A DNA stretch of 64,000 nt, from assembly GCF_048771995.1 (NCBI RefSeq), contig NC_133041.1:4663324-4727323 (forward strand). Direction: 5' to 3'. This document shows positions 12,860 through 23,869 of this stretch, piece after piece; within the stretch, counting starts at the first letter, position 1, and the number at the start of each line of letters is the position of its first letter. The notes beneath the pieces were generated by a model, which saw only the letters and a program-made list of their open reading frames with translations, ran no database searches and was not told the origin of the DNA. Both the position numbers and the translations under genes were made by a program. The DNA comes from Taeniopygia guttata. Lineage: Eukaryota.

Positions 12860-12947
12860 CATGGAGACGCTGGCGGCCATGTTCGAGCTGGACCTGCCGA
12901 CGGTGCACGGCATCATCAGCAAGATGATCATCAACGAGGAGCTGATG
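12860..12947 (+). CDS. EIF3C: EIF3C exon, translating (S)[29 protein letters not shown]
   Basis: Matches human [30 protein letters not shown]. The acceptor is ggcag|c and the donor gatg|gtgagc. Confidence 0.88.
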
Positions 12948-12949
12948 GT

Positions 12950-15300
12950 GAGCGCCTTTTGGGGCAAATTCCGGCCGGTTTGGGTCAAAAGGGAAATTTG
13001 GGGGATTTGGGGTCATTTCCGGCTCGGTTTGGGTCACCCGCGGGCAAATTCGGGGCAGTTTTGGGGCAGTTTTGGTGTTTTGGGGTCAAATTTGGGAACA
13101 GGTTGGGTGATTTTGGGTCAGATTTGGGGCAGTTTTGGGGTCAATTTTGGGGTCAGATTGGGTGATTTTGGGGCAGTTTTGGGGTCAATTTTGGTGATTT
13201 TGGGTCAAATTTGGGTTCTAATTGTGTGATTTTGGGACAGTTTTGGGGCAGTTTTGGGGTCAATTTTGGTGATTTTGGGTCAAATTTGGGTTCTAATTGT
13301 GTGATTTTGGGACAGATTTGGGATCAGGTTGGGTGATTTTGGTTCAAATTTTGGGTCAGATTGTGTCAAATCTTGGGTTTAATTTGGGGGAGTTTTGGGT
13401 CATTTGGGCTCATTTTGGGTCATTTTGGGTCACTTGGGGTCAATTTGGGTGATTTGGGGTCAAATTTGGGGCCGTTTTGGGGTCAATTTTGGTGATTTTG
13501 GGTCAAATTTGGGGCAGTTTTGGGGTTAATTTTGATGATCTTGGGTCAAATTTGGGGTCAGGTTGGGTGATTTTGGGGCAGATTTGGGGCGGGTTTTGGG
13601 TCAAATTTGGGGTCAGATTGGGTGATTTTGGGTCAGTTTTGGGGAAGTTTTGGGGTAAATTTTGGTGATTTTGGGGCAGTTTTGGAATCAATTTTGGTGG
13701 TTTTGGGTCAAATTTGGGGCAGTTTTTGGTGTAAATTTTGGTGATTTTGGGTCAATTTTGGGAACAATTTGGGTGATTTTGGGTCAGATTTGGGGCAGTT
13801 TTTGCGTCAATTTTGGTGATTTTGGGTCAGATTTGGGATGAGGTTGGGTGATTTTGGGTCAAATTTTAGGGGTTTAGATTGGGTCAAATCTTGGGTTTAA
13901 TTTTGGGGAGTTTTGGGTTATTTGGGCTCAATTTGGGGAGTTTAGGGTCACTTGGGGTGAATTTGGGTGATTTGGGGTCACATTTGGGGCAGTTTTGGGG
14001 TCAATTTTGGTGATTTTGGGTCAGATTTGGGGCAGTTTTGGGGTCAATTTTGGTGATTTTGGGACAGATTTGGGGCAGTTTTTGGGTCAATTTTGGTGAT
14101 TTTGGGTCAGATTTGGGAACAGGTTGGGTTATTTTGGGGCAGATTTGGGGCAGTTTTTGGGTCAAATTTGGGGTCAGATTGGGTGATTTTGGGTCAGATT
14201 TGGGGCAGTTTTGAGGTCAATTTTGGTGATTTTGGGTCAAATTTGGGGTGGTGTTGGGAGATTTTGGGACAGATTTGGGGTCAATTTTGGGGTCAATTTT
14301 GGTGATTTTGGGTCAAATTTGGGGCAGTTTTGGGGTTAATTTTGATGATCTTGGGTCAAATTTGGGGTCTGGTTGGGTGATTTTGGGTCAGATTTAGGGC
14401 GGTTTTGGGTCAATTTTGGGGATTTTGGGTCAAATTTGGGGCAGTTTTGGGATCAATTTTGGTGATTTTGGGTCAAATTTGGGGTCTGGTTGGGTGATTT
14501 TGGGTCAAATTTGGGGTCAGGTTGGGTGATTTTGGGGCAGTTTTGGGGTCAATTTTAGGGTCAATTTTGGTGATTTTCGGTTAAATTTGGGGCAGTTTTT
14601 GGGTCAATTTTGGTGATTTTGGGTCAGATTTGGGGTCAGATTGGGTGATTTTGGGTCAGATTTGGGGTCAGATTGGGTCAAATCTTGGGTTTAATTTCGG
14701 GGAGTTTTGGGGCATTTGGGCTCATTTTGGGGAGTTTTGGGTTACTTGGGGTGAATTTGGGTGATTTGGGGTCAATTTAGGGCGGTTTTGGGGCAAATTT
14801 GGGGCAGTTTGGGTGATTTTGGGGCAGATTTGAGGCAGTTTTGGGGTCAGTTTATGTGATTTTGGGTCAAATTTGGGGTCTGGTTGGGTGATTTTGGGTC
14901 AGATTTGGGGCCATTTTGGGGTCAATTTTGGTGATTTTGGGTCAAATTTGGGGTCAGGTTGGGTGATTTTGGGTCAAATTTGGGAACAAGTTGGGTGATT
15001 TATGTCAAATTTGGGGTCAGATTGGGTGATTTTGAGTCAAATTTGGGGCAGTTTTTGGGTCAAATCTGGGGTCAGATTGGGTCAAATCTTGGGTTAAATT
15101 TTGGGGAGTTTTGGGTCACTTGGGGTCAATTTGGGTGATTTGGGGTCACATTTGGGGCAGTTTTGGGGTCAATTTCAGTGATTTTGGGTCAAATTTGGGT
15201 CACTTGAAATTTGGGCTCAATTTGGGTCATTTTGGGGTCGGTTTGGGTGATTTTGGGGCAGATTTGGGGCAGTTTTGGTGGGATTTCAGGTGGGGTTTTG
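12950..15300 (+). repeat. G/T-rich minisatellite (ttttgggtcagatttggggcagttttggggtcaattttggtga)
   Basis: A simple tandem repeat, seen directly. Confidence 0.85.
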
Positions 15301-16413
15301 GGGGTTACCTGCAGCACAGGTGAGTCACCTGTGACCCCGTTTGGGGCCATTTTGGGGTGATTTTGGTCGGGTTTGGGGCAATTTTGGGCAGTTTTGGGGC
15401 AATCTCAGGTGGGTTTTCAGGGGTTACCTGCAGGACAGGTGAGCCTCACCTGGGCCCACTTTAGACCTCACTGGATGAGCCCAAGGTCACCACGATGATG
15501 GGGTGACCCCATTTGGGGCCATTTTGGGGTGATTTTGGGCAGGTTTGGGGTGATTTTTGGTAGTTTTGGGGTGATTTCGGGTGGGTTTTTGGGGGTTACC
15601 TGCAGGACAGGTGAGTCTCACCTGGGCCCACTTTAGACCTCACTGGATGAGCCCAAGGTCACCATGATGGTGGGGTGACCCCATTTGGGGCCATTTTGGG
15701 GTGATTTTGGGCAGTTTTGGGGCGATTTTGGGTGGGTTTTTGGGGGGGTTACCTGCAGGACAGGTGAGTCTCACCTGGGCACACCTGCAGGCCTCGCTGG
15801 ACCAGCCCACGGCCACGGTGATGATGGGGTGACCCCGTTTGTGGCCATTTTGGGGTGATTTTGGGCAGTTTTGGGGTGATTTTGGATGGGTTTTTGGGGC
15901 GGTTACCTGCAGGACAGGTGAGTCTCACCTGGGCACACCTGCAGGCCTCGCTGGACCAGCCCACAGCCACGGTGATTGTGGGTTGACCCCATTTGATGCC
16001 ATTTTGGGGTGATTTTGAGCAGGTTTGGGGCAGTTTTGGGGTGATTTCGGGTGGGTTTTTGGGGGTTACCTGCAGGACAGGTGAGCCTCACCTGGGCCCA
16101 CTTAAGACCTCACTGGATGAGCCCAAGGCCACCATGATGATGGGGTGACCCCGTTTGGGGCCATTTTGGGGTGATTTTGGGCAGTTTTGGGACGATTTTG
16201 GGTGGGTTTTTGGGGGGTTACCTGCAGGACAGGTGAGTCTCACCTGGGCACACCTGCAGGCCTCGCTGGACCAGCCCACAGCCACGGTGATGATGGGGTG
16301 ACCCCGTTTGGGGCCATTTTGGGGTTATTTTGGGCAGTTTTGGAGCGATTTCGGGTGGGTTTTTGGGGGGGTTACCTGCAGGACAGGTGAGTCTCACCTG
16401 GGCACACCTGCAG
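15300..16413 (+). repeat. About seven tandem ~120-bp units, each containing a copy of the acceptor and first ~45 nt of the EIF3C exon at 16414 (cacctgcag|GCCTCGCTGGACCAGCCCACGGCCACGGTGATGATG..)
   Basis: Close copies lie at about 15783, 15939 and 16250. Diverged copies (..ctcactggatgagcccaaggtcaccacgatgatgggg) lie at about 15461, 15630 and 16100. Confidence 0.88.
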
Positions 16414-16576
16414 GCCTCGCTGGACCAGCCCACGGCCACGGTGATGATGCACCGGACGGAGCCGACGGCCACGCAGAACCTGGCGCTGCAGCTGGCCGAG
16501 AAGTTGGGCAACCTGGTGGAGAACAACGAGCGGGTGCTGGACCAGCGGCAGGGCGCCTACGGGGGGTACTTCAGAG
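16414..16576 (+). CDS. EIF3C: EIF3C exon, translating [54 protein letters not shown](D)
   Basis: Matches human [55 protein letters not shown]. The acceptor is cacctgcag|gcc and the donor ttcagag|gtgagc. Confidence 0.88.
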
Positions 16577-16744
16577 GTGAGCACACCTGGGCACACCTGG
16601 GCACACCTGGGGGCACCTGGGAGGGAGAGAACAAAAAAAACCCGGTGGAAATGGGGTGAAAAATGGGGATTTTGGGGGGTTTTTGGGTTACCTGGGCACA
16701 CCTGAGCCCTGCCCCGTTCTCACCTGTCCCATCTTGTCCTGCAG

Positions 16745-16824
16745 ACCAGAAAGATGGCGGATACCGCAAAGGTGACGGGTACCTGCGGCGGGGCGGCTTC
16801 CGGCAGGAGCGCGGCAACTACTGA
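16745..16824 (+). CDS. EIF3C: EIF3C terminal coding exon, translating (D)QKDGYRKGDGYLRRGGFRQERGNY followed by a stop
   Basis: Matches the human eIF3c C-terminus [26 protein letters not shown]. The acceptor is tcctgcag|ac and the stop codon TGA is at 16822-16824. Confidence 0.85.
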
Positions 16825-16838
16825 CCCACACCTGCCCC

Positions 16839-17335
16839 ATGGATCCTTACCTGCCCCATAGATCCCTTACCTGCCCCATGGATCCTCACCTGTTCTACAA
16901 ATTCACTCACCTGGGCAAAAAGTCATCACCTGCCCCATGGACCCCTCACCTGCCCCATGGACCCCTCACCTGCCCCATAGATCCCTTACCTGCCCCATGG
17001 ATCCTCACCTGCCCCATAGATTCCTCACCTGCCCTATGGATTCCTCACCTGCCCCATAGATCCCTCACCTGCCCCATGGATCCCTTACCTGCCCCATAGA
17101 TCCCTCACCTGCCCCATAGATCCCTTACCTGCCCCATAGATCCCTTACCTGCCCCATAGATCCTCACCTGTTCTACAAATTCACTCACCTGGGCAAAAAG
17201 TCATCACCTGCCCCACGGACCCCTCACCTGCCCCATAGATCCCTTACCTGCCCCATAGATCCTTCACCTGCCCCATGGATTCCCTCACCTGCCCCATAGA
17301 TCCCTCACATGCCCCATAGATCCTCACCTGTTCCA
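16839..17335 (+). repeat. Minisatellite of ~21 bp (cacctgccccatagatccctt) in the EIF3C 3' flank or UTR
   Basis: It starts 15 bp after the EIF3C stop. ORF 16839-17099 there is repeat-encoded. Confidence 0.85.
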
Positions 17336-17359
17336 TCAAGGGTCCCACAGCTGGAAATG

Positions 17360-17365
17360 AATAAA
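17360..17365 (+). terminator. EIF3C: AATAAA polyadenylation signal, candidate EIF3C 3' end about 540 bp after the stop
   Basis: A canonical AATAAA sits in a short AT-rich unique segment (17340-17420) immediately after the 3'-UTR minisatellite. Assigning it to EIF3C is an inference. Confidence 0.4.
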
Positions 17366-17449
17366 TTAATTATTAAAGAGCATGGTAATGAGGAGTTAAT
17401 TAATTCATTAGGCAGGGGCTGCCCCATAGATCCTGGCCCTGCCCCATAA

Positions 17450-18690
17450 GTGGCCCCAAAGTTTCTCCCCTCACGTTTTCCCGCCTTTTTTCCTCACATT
17501 TTCCCGCCTTTTTTCCTCACGTTTTCCCGCCTTTTTTCCTCCCCTCACGTTTTCCCGCCTTTTTTCCTCACATTTTCCCGCCTTTTTTCCCCCCTCACGT
17601 TTTCCCGCCTTTTTTCCTCCCTCACATTTTCCCGCCTTTTTCCTTCCCTCACGTTTTCCCACCATTTTTTTTCCCCTCACGTTTTCCCGCCTTTTTTCTC
17701 CCCTCACGTTTTCCCTCCATTTTTCCTCCCCTCACATTTTCCCTCCTTTTTTCCCCCCTCACATTTTCCCGCCTTTTTCCCTTCCCTCACATTTTCCCGC
17801 CTTTTTTCCCCCCTCACATTTTCCCGCCATTTTTGTTCCCCTCACGTTTTCCCGCCTTTTTCCTCTGTCACATTTTCCCGCCTTTTTCCTCCCCTCACAT
17901 TTTCCCGCCTTTTTCCCTCCCTCACATTTTCCCGCCTTTTTCCTCTGTCACATTTTCCCGCCTTTTTCCTCCCCTCACATTTTCCCGCCTTTTTCCCTCC
18001 CTCACATTTTCCCGCCTTTTTCCCTCCCTCACATTTTCCCGCCTTTTTTCCCCCCTCACATTTTCCCGCCTTTTTTCCCCCCTCACATTTTCCCGCCTTT
18101 TTTCCCCCCTCACATTTTCCCGCCTTTTTTCCTCCCTCACATTTTCCCGCCTTTTTTCCCCCCTCACATTTCCCGCCTTTTTTGTTCCACTCACATTTTC
18201 CCGCCATTTTCTTCCCTCACATTTTCCCGCCATTTTCCCCCCTCACATTTTCCCGCCTTTTTCCCCCCTCACATTTTCCCGCCATTTTTCCCCCTCACGT
18301 TTTCCCGCCTTTTTTCCCCCCTCACATTTTCCCGCCTTTTTTCCCCCTCACATTTTCCCGCCTTTCCCCCCCCCTTACATTTTCCCGCCTTTTTTCATCC
18401 CCTCACATTTTCCCGCCTTTTTTCCCCCTCACATTTTCCCTCCTTTTTCCCCCTCACATTTTCCCGCCTTTTTCCTCCCCTCACATTTTCCCTCCTTTTT
18501 CCCCCTCACATTTTCCCGCCTTTTTCCTCCCCTCACATTTTCCCTCCTTTTTTCCCCTCACGTTTTCCCGCCTTTTTCCCCCTCACATTTTCCTGCCTTT
18601 TTTCTCCCCTCACGTTTTCCCGCCTTTTTTTTCACATTTTCCCGCCTTTTTTCCCCCTCACGTTTTCCCGCCATTTTGTTTGATCCACAA
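17450..18690 (+). repeat. Minisatellite of 25 bp (cctcacattttcccgccttttttcc), about 50 copies
   Basis: Seen directly. The 427-aa ORF at 17450-18733 is repeat-encoded. Confidence 0.9.
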
Positions 18691-18989
18691 ATTCCACTCC
18701 CATAACTCAATTTTAATAAAACAACAATTTTAAAACCCTTAATTAATTATCCCTCATTAATTAACAGCGCCCCCTGCGATGTGACTTTCCCCGTCCATTC
18801 CGCCCCATTGCTCCCACCCATTTTAATAAAATTAATTCATTGATTAATACAAATATGAATTAATTAAACGATTACTTATTAATTAGCGATTTATTAACGA
18901 GCAGCAAACCCCTGCCCCATAATCAACTCCCCATTTCCATAAAATTAATTAAGTGAAAGATGAAAAACACGCATCAATTACCTTAAATT

Positions 18990-19229
18990 ATTAATTAATT
19001 AATCAATCAGCCCTGGTTAATGAGCGACGAGGGGCTGCGCCCTGCCCCCAAAAACCTTCGGCCATTAATTACTCATTAAAAACCCTCGTTAATGAGTGAC
19101 CGGGGGGGGGAGGGGCGGCTGTGCCCCTCATTAATCCCTCACTAATTAACCGCGTTAATGAGTGACTCGGGGGGGGGTGGGGGATAAAATTCCCTCCCCC
19201 ACCTCCCTCAGGGCCTTCCCGGCGCCGCC
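18990..19229 (+). promoter_or_regulatory. PRODH2: Candidate PRODH2 promoter with three spaced copies of an HNF1-like half-site GTTAATGAG(T/C)GAC and attaat motifs; it ends in a perfect Kozak context gccgccATGG at 19221-19233
   Basis: The motif occurs at about 19016, 19088 and 19152 (ggttaatgagcgac, cgttaatgagtgacc, cgttaatgagtgactc), each followed by a G-run. The HNF1 consensus is GTTAATNATTAAC, and PRODH2 is liver/kidney-specific in mammals. The assignment is an inference. Confidence 0.4.
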
Positions 19230-20420
19230 ATGGGGCAGGGGGGGTCCCTGCTGAGATCTGTGGGGCAGGGGAGATCTGTGGGGCAATCTATGGGGGGATT
19301 TATGGGGGGATCTATGGGGGGATCTATGGGGCAGGGGAGGTCCTTGGGGGGATCTATGGGGCGATCTATGGGGGGATTTATGGGGGGATCTATGGGGCAG
19401 GGCAGATCTATGGGGCAGGGGAGGTCCTTGGGATTTATGGGGGGATCTATGGGGGGATTTATGGGGGGATCTATGGGGCAGGGGAGGTCCTTGGGGGGAT
19501 TTATGGGGGGGTCCCTGTGGAGATCTGTGGGGCAGGGCAGACCTATGGGGGGATTTATGGGGCAGGGGAGGTCCTTGGGATTTATAGGGAGATCTGTGGG
19601 GGGATTTATGGGGGGATCTATGGGGCAGGGGAGGTCCTTGGAGGGATTTATGGGGGGATTTATGGGGGGATCTATGGGGCAGGGCAGATCTATGGGGCAG
19701 GGGAGGTCCTTGGGATTTATGGGGGGATCTATGGGGGGATTTATGGGGAGATCTATGGGGCAGGGGAGATCTATGGGGCAGGGCAGATCTATGGGGCAGG
19801 GGAGATCTATCGGGGGATTTATGGGGGGATCTATGGGGCAGGAGAGATCTATGGGGGGATTTATGGGGGGATCTATGGGGCAGGGAGCATCCCTGAGGGG
19901 ATTTATGGGGAGATCTGTGGGGGGATTTATGGGGGGATCTATGGGGCAGAAACCATCCTTGGGGGGATCTATGGGGCAGAGGAGATCTATGGGGGGATCT
20001 ATGGGACAGGGAGGGGTTAAGGGTGGATCTATGGGTCAGGGAAGCTCTATGCCGAGATCTATGGGGCAGGGAGGCTCTATGGGCGGATCTATGGGTCAGG
20101 AGGGTTCTATGGGGGGATCTGTGGGTCAGGAGGGATCAGTGGGTCAGGAGGGCTCCATGGGGCGGCGTGTGGGGCAGGAGGGATCTATGCCGGGATCTAT
20201 GGGTCAGGAGGGATCAGTGGGTCAGGAGGGCTCCATGGGGCGGCGTGTGGGTCAGGAGGGCTCCATGGGGCAATCAGTGGGTCAGGAGGGCTCCATGGGG
20301 GAATCTGTGGGTCAGGAGGGATCAGTGGGTCAGGAGGGCTCCATGGGGCGGCGTATGGGGCAGGAGGGATCTATGGGCGGATCTGTGGGTCAGGAGGGAT
20401 CTGTGGGTCAGGAGGGCTCT
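19230..20420 (+). repeat. Array of gggggatctatggggcagggg(aggtccttg) units and related variants, reading in frame from the Kozak ATG at 19230 into the PRODH2 exon
   Basis: The 454-aa ORF at 19230-20594 is Gly/Met/Ser/Gln-rich and periodic. Confidence 0.85.
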
Positions 20421-20561
20421 ATGGGGCGGCGTGTGGGGCAGGTGCAGGCGCAGCTGGGGCAGGGCCGGGCGCTGGCGGTGCTGACTTGGGGGGAGCTGCT
20501 CCGGGCCCTGCTGGTGCTCGGCCTGTGCGCCCACCCCCGGCTGCAGCGCGACCCCCAGGCG
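20421..20561 (+). CDS. PRODH2: PRODH2 (hydroxyproline dehydrogenase) first recognisable coding exon, translating MGRRVGQVQAQLGQGRALAVLTWGELLRALLVLGLCAHPRLQRDPQA; the true start is uncertain (see the finding on the in-frame ATG at 19230)
   Basis: GELLRALLVLGLCAHP aligns to human PRODH2 GELTRALLVLRLCAWP. The N-terminus is Arg-rich and looks like a mitochondrial targeting sequence. The donor is caggcg|gtgaga at 20561/20562. Confidence 0.6.
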
Positions 20562-20569
20562 GTGAGACC

Positions 20570-22380
20570 CACAAGTGGGGGGCGGGACCCATAGAGACAG
20601 CCCTGACCCATAGACAGACCCATAGACAGACCCACAAGTGGGGGGCAGGACCCATAGAGACAGCCCTGCCCCATAGAGAGCCCTGCCCCATAGACAGAGC
20701 CCTGACCCATAGATGGAGCCTGACCCATAGACAGACCCATAGACAGACCCACAAGTGGGGGGCGGGCCCCATAGAGAGCCTGACCCATAGACAGACCCAT
20801 AGAGAGAGCTGTGACCCATAGACAGACCCAGAGACAGACCCATAGATGGAGCCCTGACCCATAGACAGACCCATAGATGGAGCCCTGCCCAATAGACAGA
20901 GCCCTGCCCCAGAGACAGACCCAGAGACAGACCCACAAGTGGGGGGCAGCACCCCATAGACAGAGCCCTGACCCATAGAGAAACTCCATTTCCCCCCATT
21001 TCCCCCAATTTCTCCCCATTTTATTCCCCCCATTTCCCCCAAAATTTCTCCCCATTTCCCCCATTTTTTTTACGTTTTCCCCAATTTTTTCCCAAATTTT
21101 CCCCAATTTTTCCCTATTTCCTCCCCTTTTTTTTCAAATTTCCCCCAATTTTCCCCATTTTCCCCCATTTTCCCCCATTTCCCCCCCATTTCCCACCCAT
21201 TTTCCCCCATTTTTTTTACTTTTTTCCCAATTTTTCCCCATTTCCCCCAATTCTTTTCAATTTTTTCCCAATTTTTCCCAATTTTACCCAATTTTCCCCA
21301 TTTTCCCCCATTCCCCCCATTTTCCTGCCCATTCCCCCCCATTTTCCCCCCATTTCCCCCCATTTTATCCCCATTTTCCCCCCTTTTTTTTCAATTTTTC
21401 CCAATATTTTCCCAATTTCCCCCCATTTCTCCCCATTTCCCCCCATTTTCTCCTTTTCCCCCCATTTCTCCCCATTTCTCCCCATTTTACTCAATTTTTT
21501 CTCATTTTTCCCCATTTTTCCCCATTTTCCCCATTTTTCCCCATTTTTCCCCATTTTTCCCCCATTCCCCCAATTTCCCCCCATTTCCCCCCATTTTTTC
21601 CTATTTTTTCCCAATTTTTCCCCCATTTCCCCCAATTTCCCCCCATTTCCCCCCATTTTCTCCCCAATTTCCCCCCATTTCCCCCAACTTTATCCCCATT
21701 TTTCCACATTTTCCCCCATTTTCTCCATTTTTCCCCCTTTTTTTTTCCATTTTTCCCTATTTTCCCCCATTTCCCCCCATTTTTCCCCATATCTTCCCAT
21801 TTTATCCCAATTTTGCCCCATTTTTTCCCAATTTTCCCCCATTTCCCCTATTTTTTTTCTATTTTTTTTCAATTTTTTTTCAATTTTTTCCCAATTATCC
21901 CCAATTTTTTCCCATTTCCCCCATTTTTTCCCCATTTTTCCCTATTTCCCCCCTTTTTTTTCAATTTTTCCCAATATTTTCCCAATTTCCCCCCATTCCC
22001 CCCATTTTTTTCCCAATTCCCCCCATTTTCTCCCCATTTCCCCCCATTTTCCCCTTTTTATCTCCATTTTCCCCCATTTCCCCCATTTTCCTCCATTTTT
22101 TCCTAATTTTTTCCCAATTTCCCCCCAATTTTCACCATTTCCCCCCATTTTATCCCCATTCTTCCTCATTTTTTCCCCATTTCCCCCATTTTTCCCAATT
22201 TTCCCCCTTTTTCCCCCATTTCCCCCCATTTCTCCCCATTTTCTCCCCAATTTCCCCCAATTTTTTTCGTTTTTTTTTCCCGATTTTCCCGATTTTCCCC
22301 CATTTTATCCCCATTTTACCCATTTTCCCCATTTTTTTTCAATTTTTTCTCATTTTTCCCCATTTCCCCCAATTTCCCCC
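20570..22380 (+). repeat. Two adjoining intronic arrays: gacccatagacagacc units (20570-20990), then ccccatttcccccaatttt units (20990-22380)
   Basis: Seen directly. Confidence 0.85.
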
Positions 22381-22392
22381 CTCTCCCCGCAG

Positions 22393-22583
22393 TTCCTGCT
22401 GCTGTCCCGCCGGGCTCTGGGCCGCCGCCTCTGGCGGCTGCTGCTCTCGGTGTCGCTGTGGGGTCACTTCGCTGTGGGGCTCAGCCCCACGGCCGTGGCG
22501 GTTTTGGGCCGGCGGCTCCGGGCCCGGGGGCTGCGGCCGCTGCTGGCGCTGCCCCTGGAGGGGGACGCGCCCCACGGACAGGG
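22393..22583 (+). CDS. PRODH2: PRODH2 exon, translating FLLLSRRALGRRLWRLLLSVSLWGHFAVGLSPTAVAVLGRRLRARGLRPLLALPLEGDAPHGQ(G)
   Basis: Aligns to human PRODH2 SRRLLGSRLSGAFLRASVYGQFVAGE...LRPLLAVPTEEEPDSA. The acceptor is ccccgcag|ttc and the donor cagggg|gtcagc, leaving phase 2. Confidence 0.72.
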
Positions 22584-22589
22584 GTCAGC

Positions 22590-23740
22590 ACTTGGGGGGC
22601 ACTTGGGGGGCGGCTGTGGGGTGGTTGTGGGGGTTTGGGGTCACTGATGGAGCAGTTGTGGGGCAGTTATGGGGTCACTTATGGGGCAGTTATGGGGTTT
22701 GGGGTCACTTATGGGGCACTTATGGGGCAGTTATGGGGTTTGGGGTCACTTATGGGGCACTTATGGGGCAGTTATGGGGCAATTATGGGGTTTTGGGGTC
22801 AATTGTGGGGCGGTTATGGGGTCAATTATGGGGCAGTTATGGGGGCACTTGGGGGGTGCAGGGGGCACTGGGGGAGTGTGGGGGGCACTAATGGGGCAGT
22901 TATGGGGCAGTTATGGGTCACTAATGGGGTGTGGGGGTCACTTATGGGGCAGTTATGGGGTTTTGGGGTCACTTATAGGTCACTAATGGGGCAGTTATGG
23001 GGCAGTTATGGGGGTTTGGGGTCACTTATGGGGCAGTTATGGGGTTTTGGGGGCACTTGTGGGGCAGTTTCGGGGTCACTAATGGGGTTTTGGGGTCACT
23101 AATGGGTCACTTGTGGGTCATTTGTGGGTCACTGATGGGGTTTGGGGTCACTTATGGGTCACTGATGGAGTTTGGGATCACTTGTGGGGCAGTTTCGGGG
23201 TCCCTTATGGTGCTCGGGGGTCACTTGTGGGGCAGGGAGGAGTTTGGGGTCACTTATGGGTCACTCGTGGGTCACTGATGGGGTTTTGGGGTCACTTATG
23301 GGTCACTTACAGGTCACTCATGGGGTGTAGGGGTCACTTGTGGGTCACTAATGGGGTTTTGGGGTCACTTATGGGGTGTAGGAGTCACTGATGGGGCAGT
23401 TATGGGGTCACTTGTGGGTCGTTTTAGGGTCACTTGTGGGGCAATTATGGGTCACTGATGGGGTTTTAGGGTCACTTGTGGGTCATTGATGGGGTTTTGG
23501 GGTCACTTACGGGGCAGTTCTGGGGTCACTTGTGGGGCAGTTCTGGGGTCACTTGTGGGGTTTGGGGTCACTTGTGGGGCAGGGAGGCGCAGCTGCAGCA
23601 GAACTGTGGGGCAGCGCTCCGATGTGTGGGGCAGTTCTGGGTCACTTGTGGGGCAGGGAGGCTCTCAGTGTCACTTGTGGGGCAGTTATGGGGCAGTTCT
23701 GGGTCACTTGTGGGGCAGTTATGGGTCACTTGTGGGGCAG
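22590..23740 (+). repeat. Array of ggggtcacttatggggcagttatgg units; its last units (about 23575-23640) carry a copy of the 5' half of the PRODH2 exon at 23741
   Basis: gcagggaggcgcagctgcagcagaactgtggggcagcgctccgatgtgtggggcag at 23577-23632 copies 23738-23793. Confidence 0.85.
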
Positions 23741-23861
23741 GGAGGCGCGGCTGCAGCAGAACTGTGGGGCGGCGCTCCGATGTGTGGGGCTGGCGGCGGC
23801 CGCGGGCCCCGAACCCGCGATGCAGCTGAAGCTGACGGCGCTGCTGGACCCACGGCTCTGC
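23741..23861 (+). CDS. PRODH2: PRODH2 exon, translating (G)EARLQQNCGAALRCVGLAAAAGPEPAMQLKLTALLDPRLC
   Basis: Aligns to human GEAWYEGNLGAMLRCVDLSRGLLEPPSLAEASLMQLKVTALTSTRLC. The acceptor is tggggcag|g and the donor ctctgc|gtgagt. Confidence 0.78.
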
Positions 23862-23869
23862 GTGAGTGG

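Noticed and set aside
16839-17335. An additional EIF3C coding exon after 16824
   Set aside because: The human-like C-terminus ...RGGFRQERGNY ends at the TGA at 16822. Downstream is a 21-bp satellite, and its ORF (16839-17099) is repeat-encoded.
18700-18990. The AT-rich block with ttaattaa palindromes as a possible transposon terminal repeat or MITE
   Set aside because: No target-site duplication or terminal inverted repeat pair could be defined. It looks like degenerate AT-rich promoter-proximal sequence with homeodomain-type motifs. It is kept only as part of the PRODH2 upstream region.
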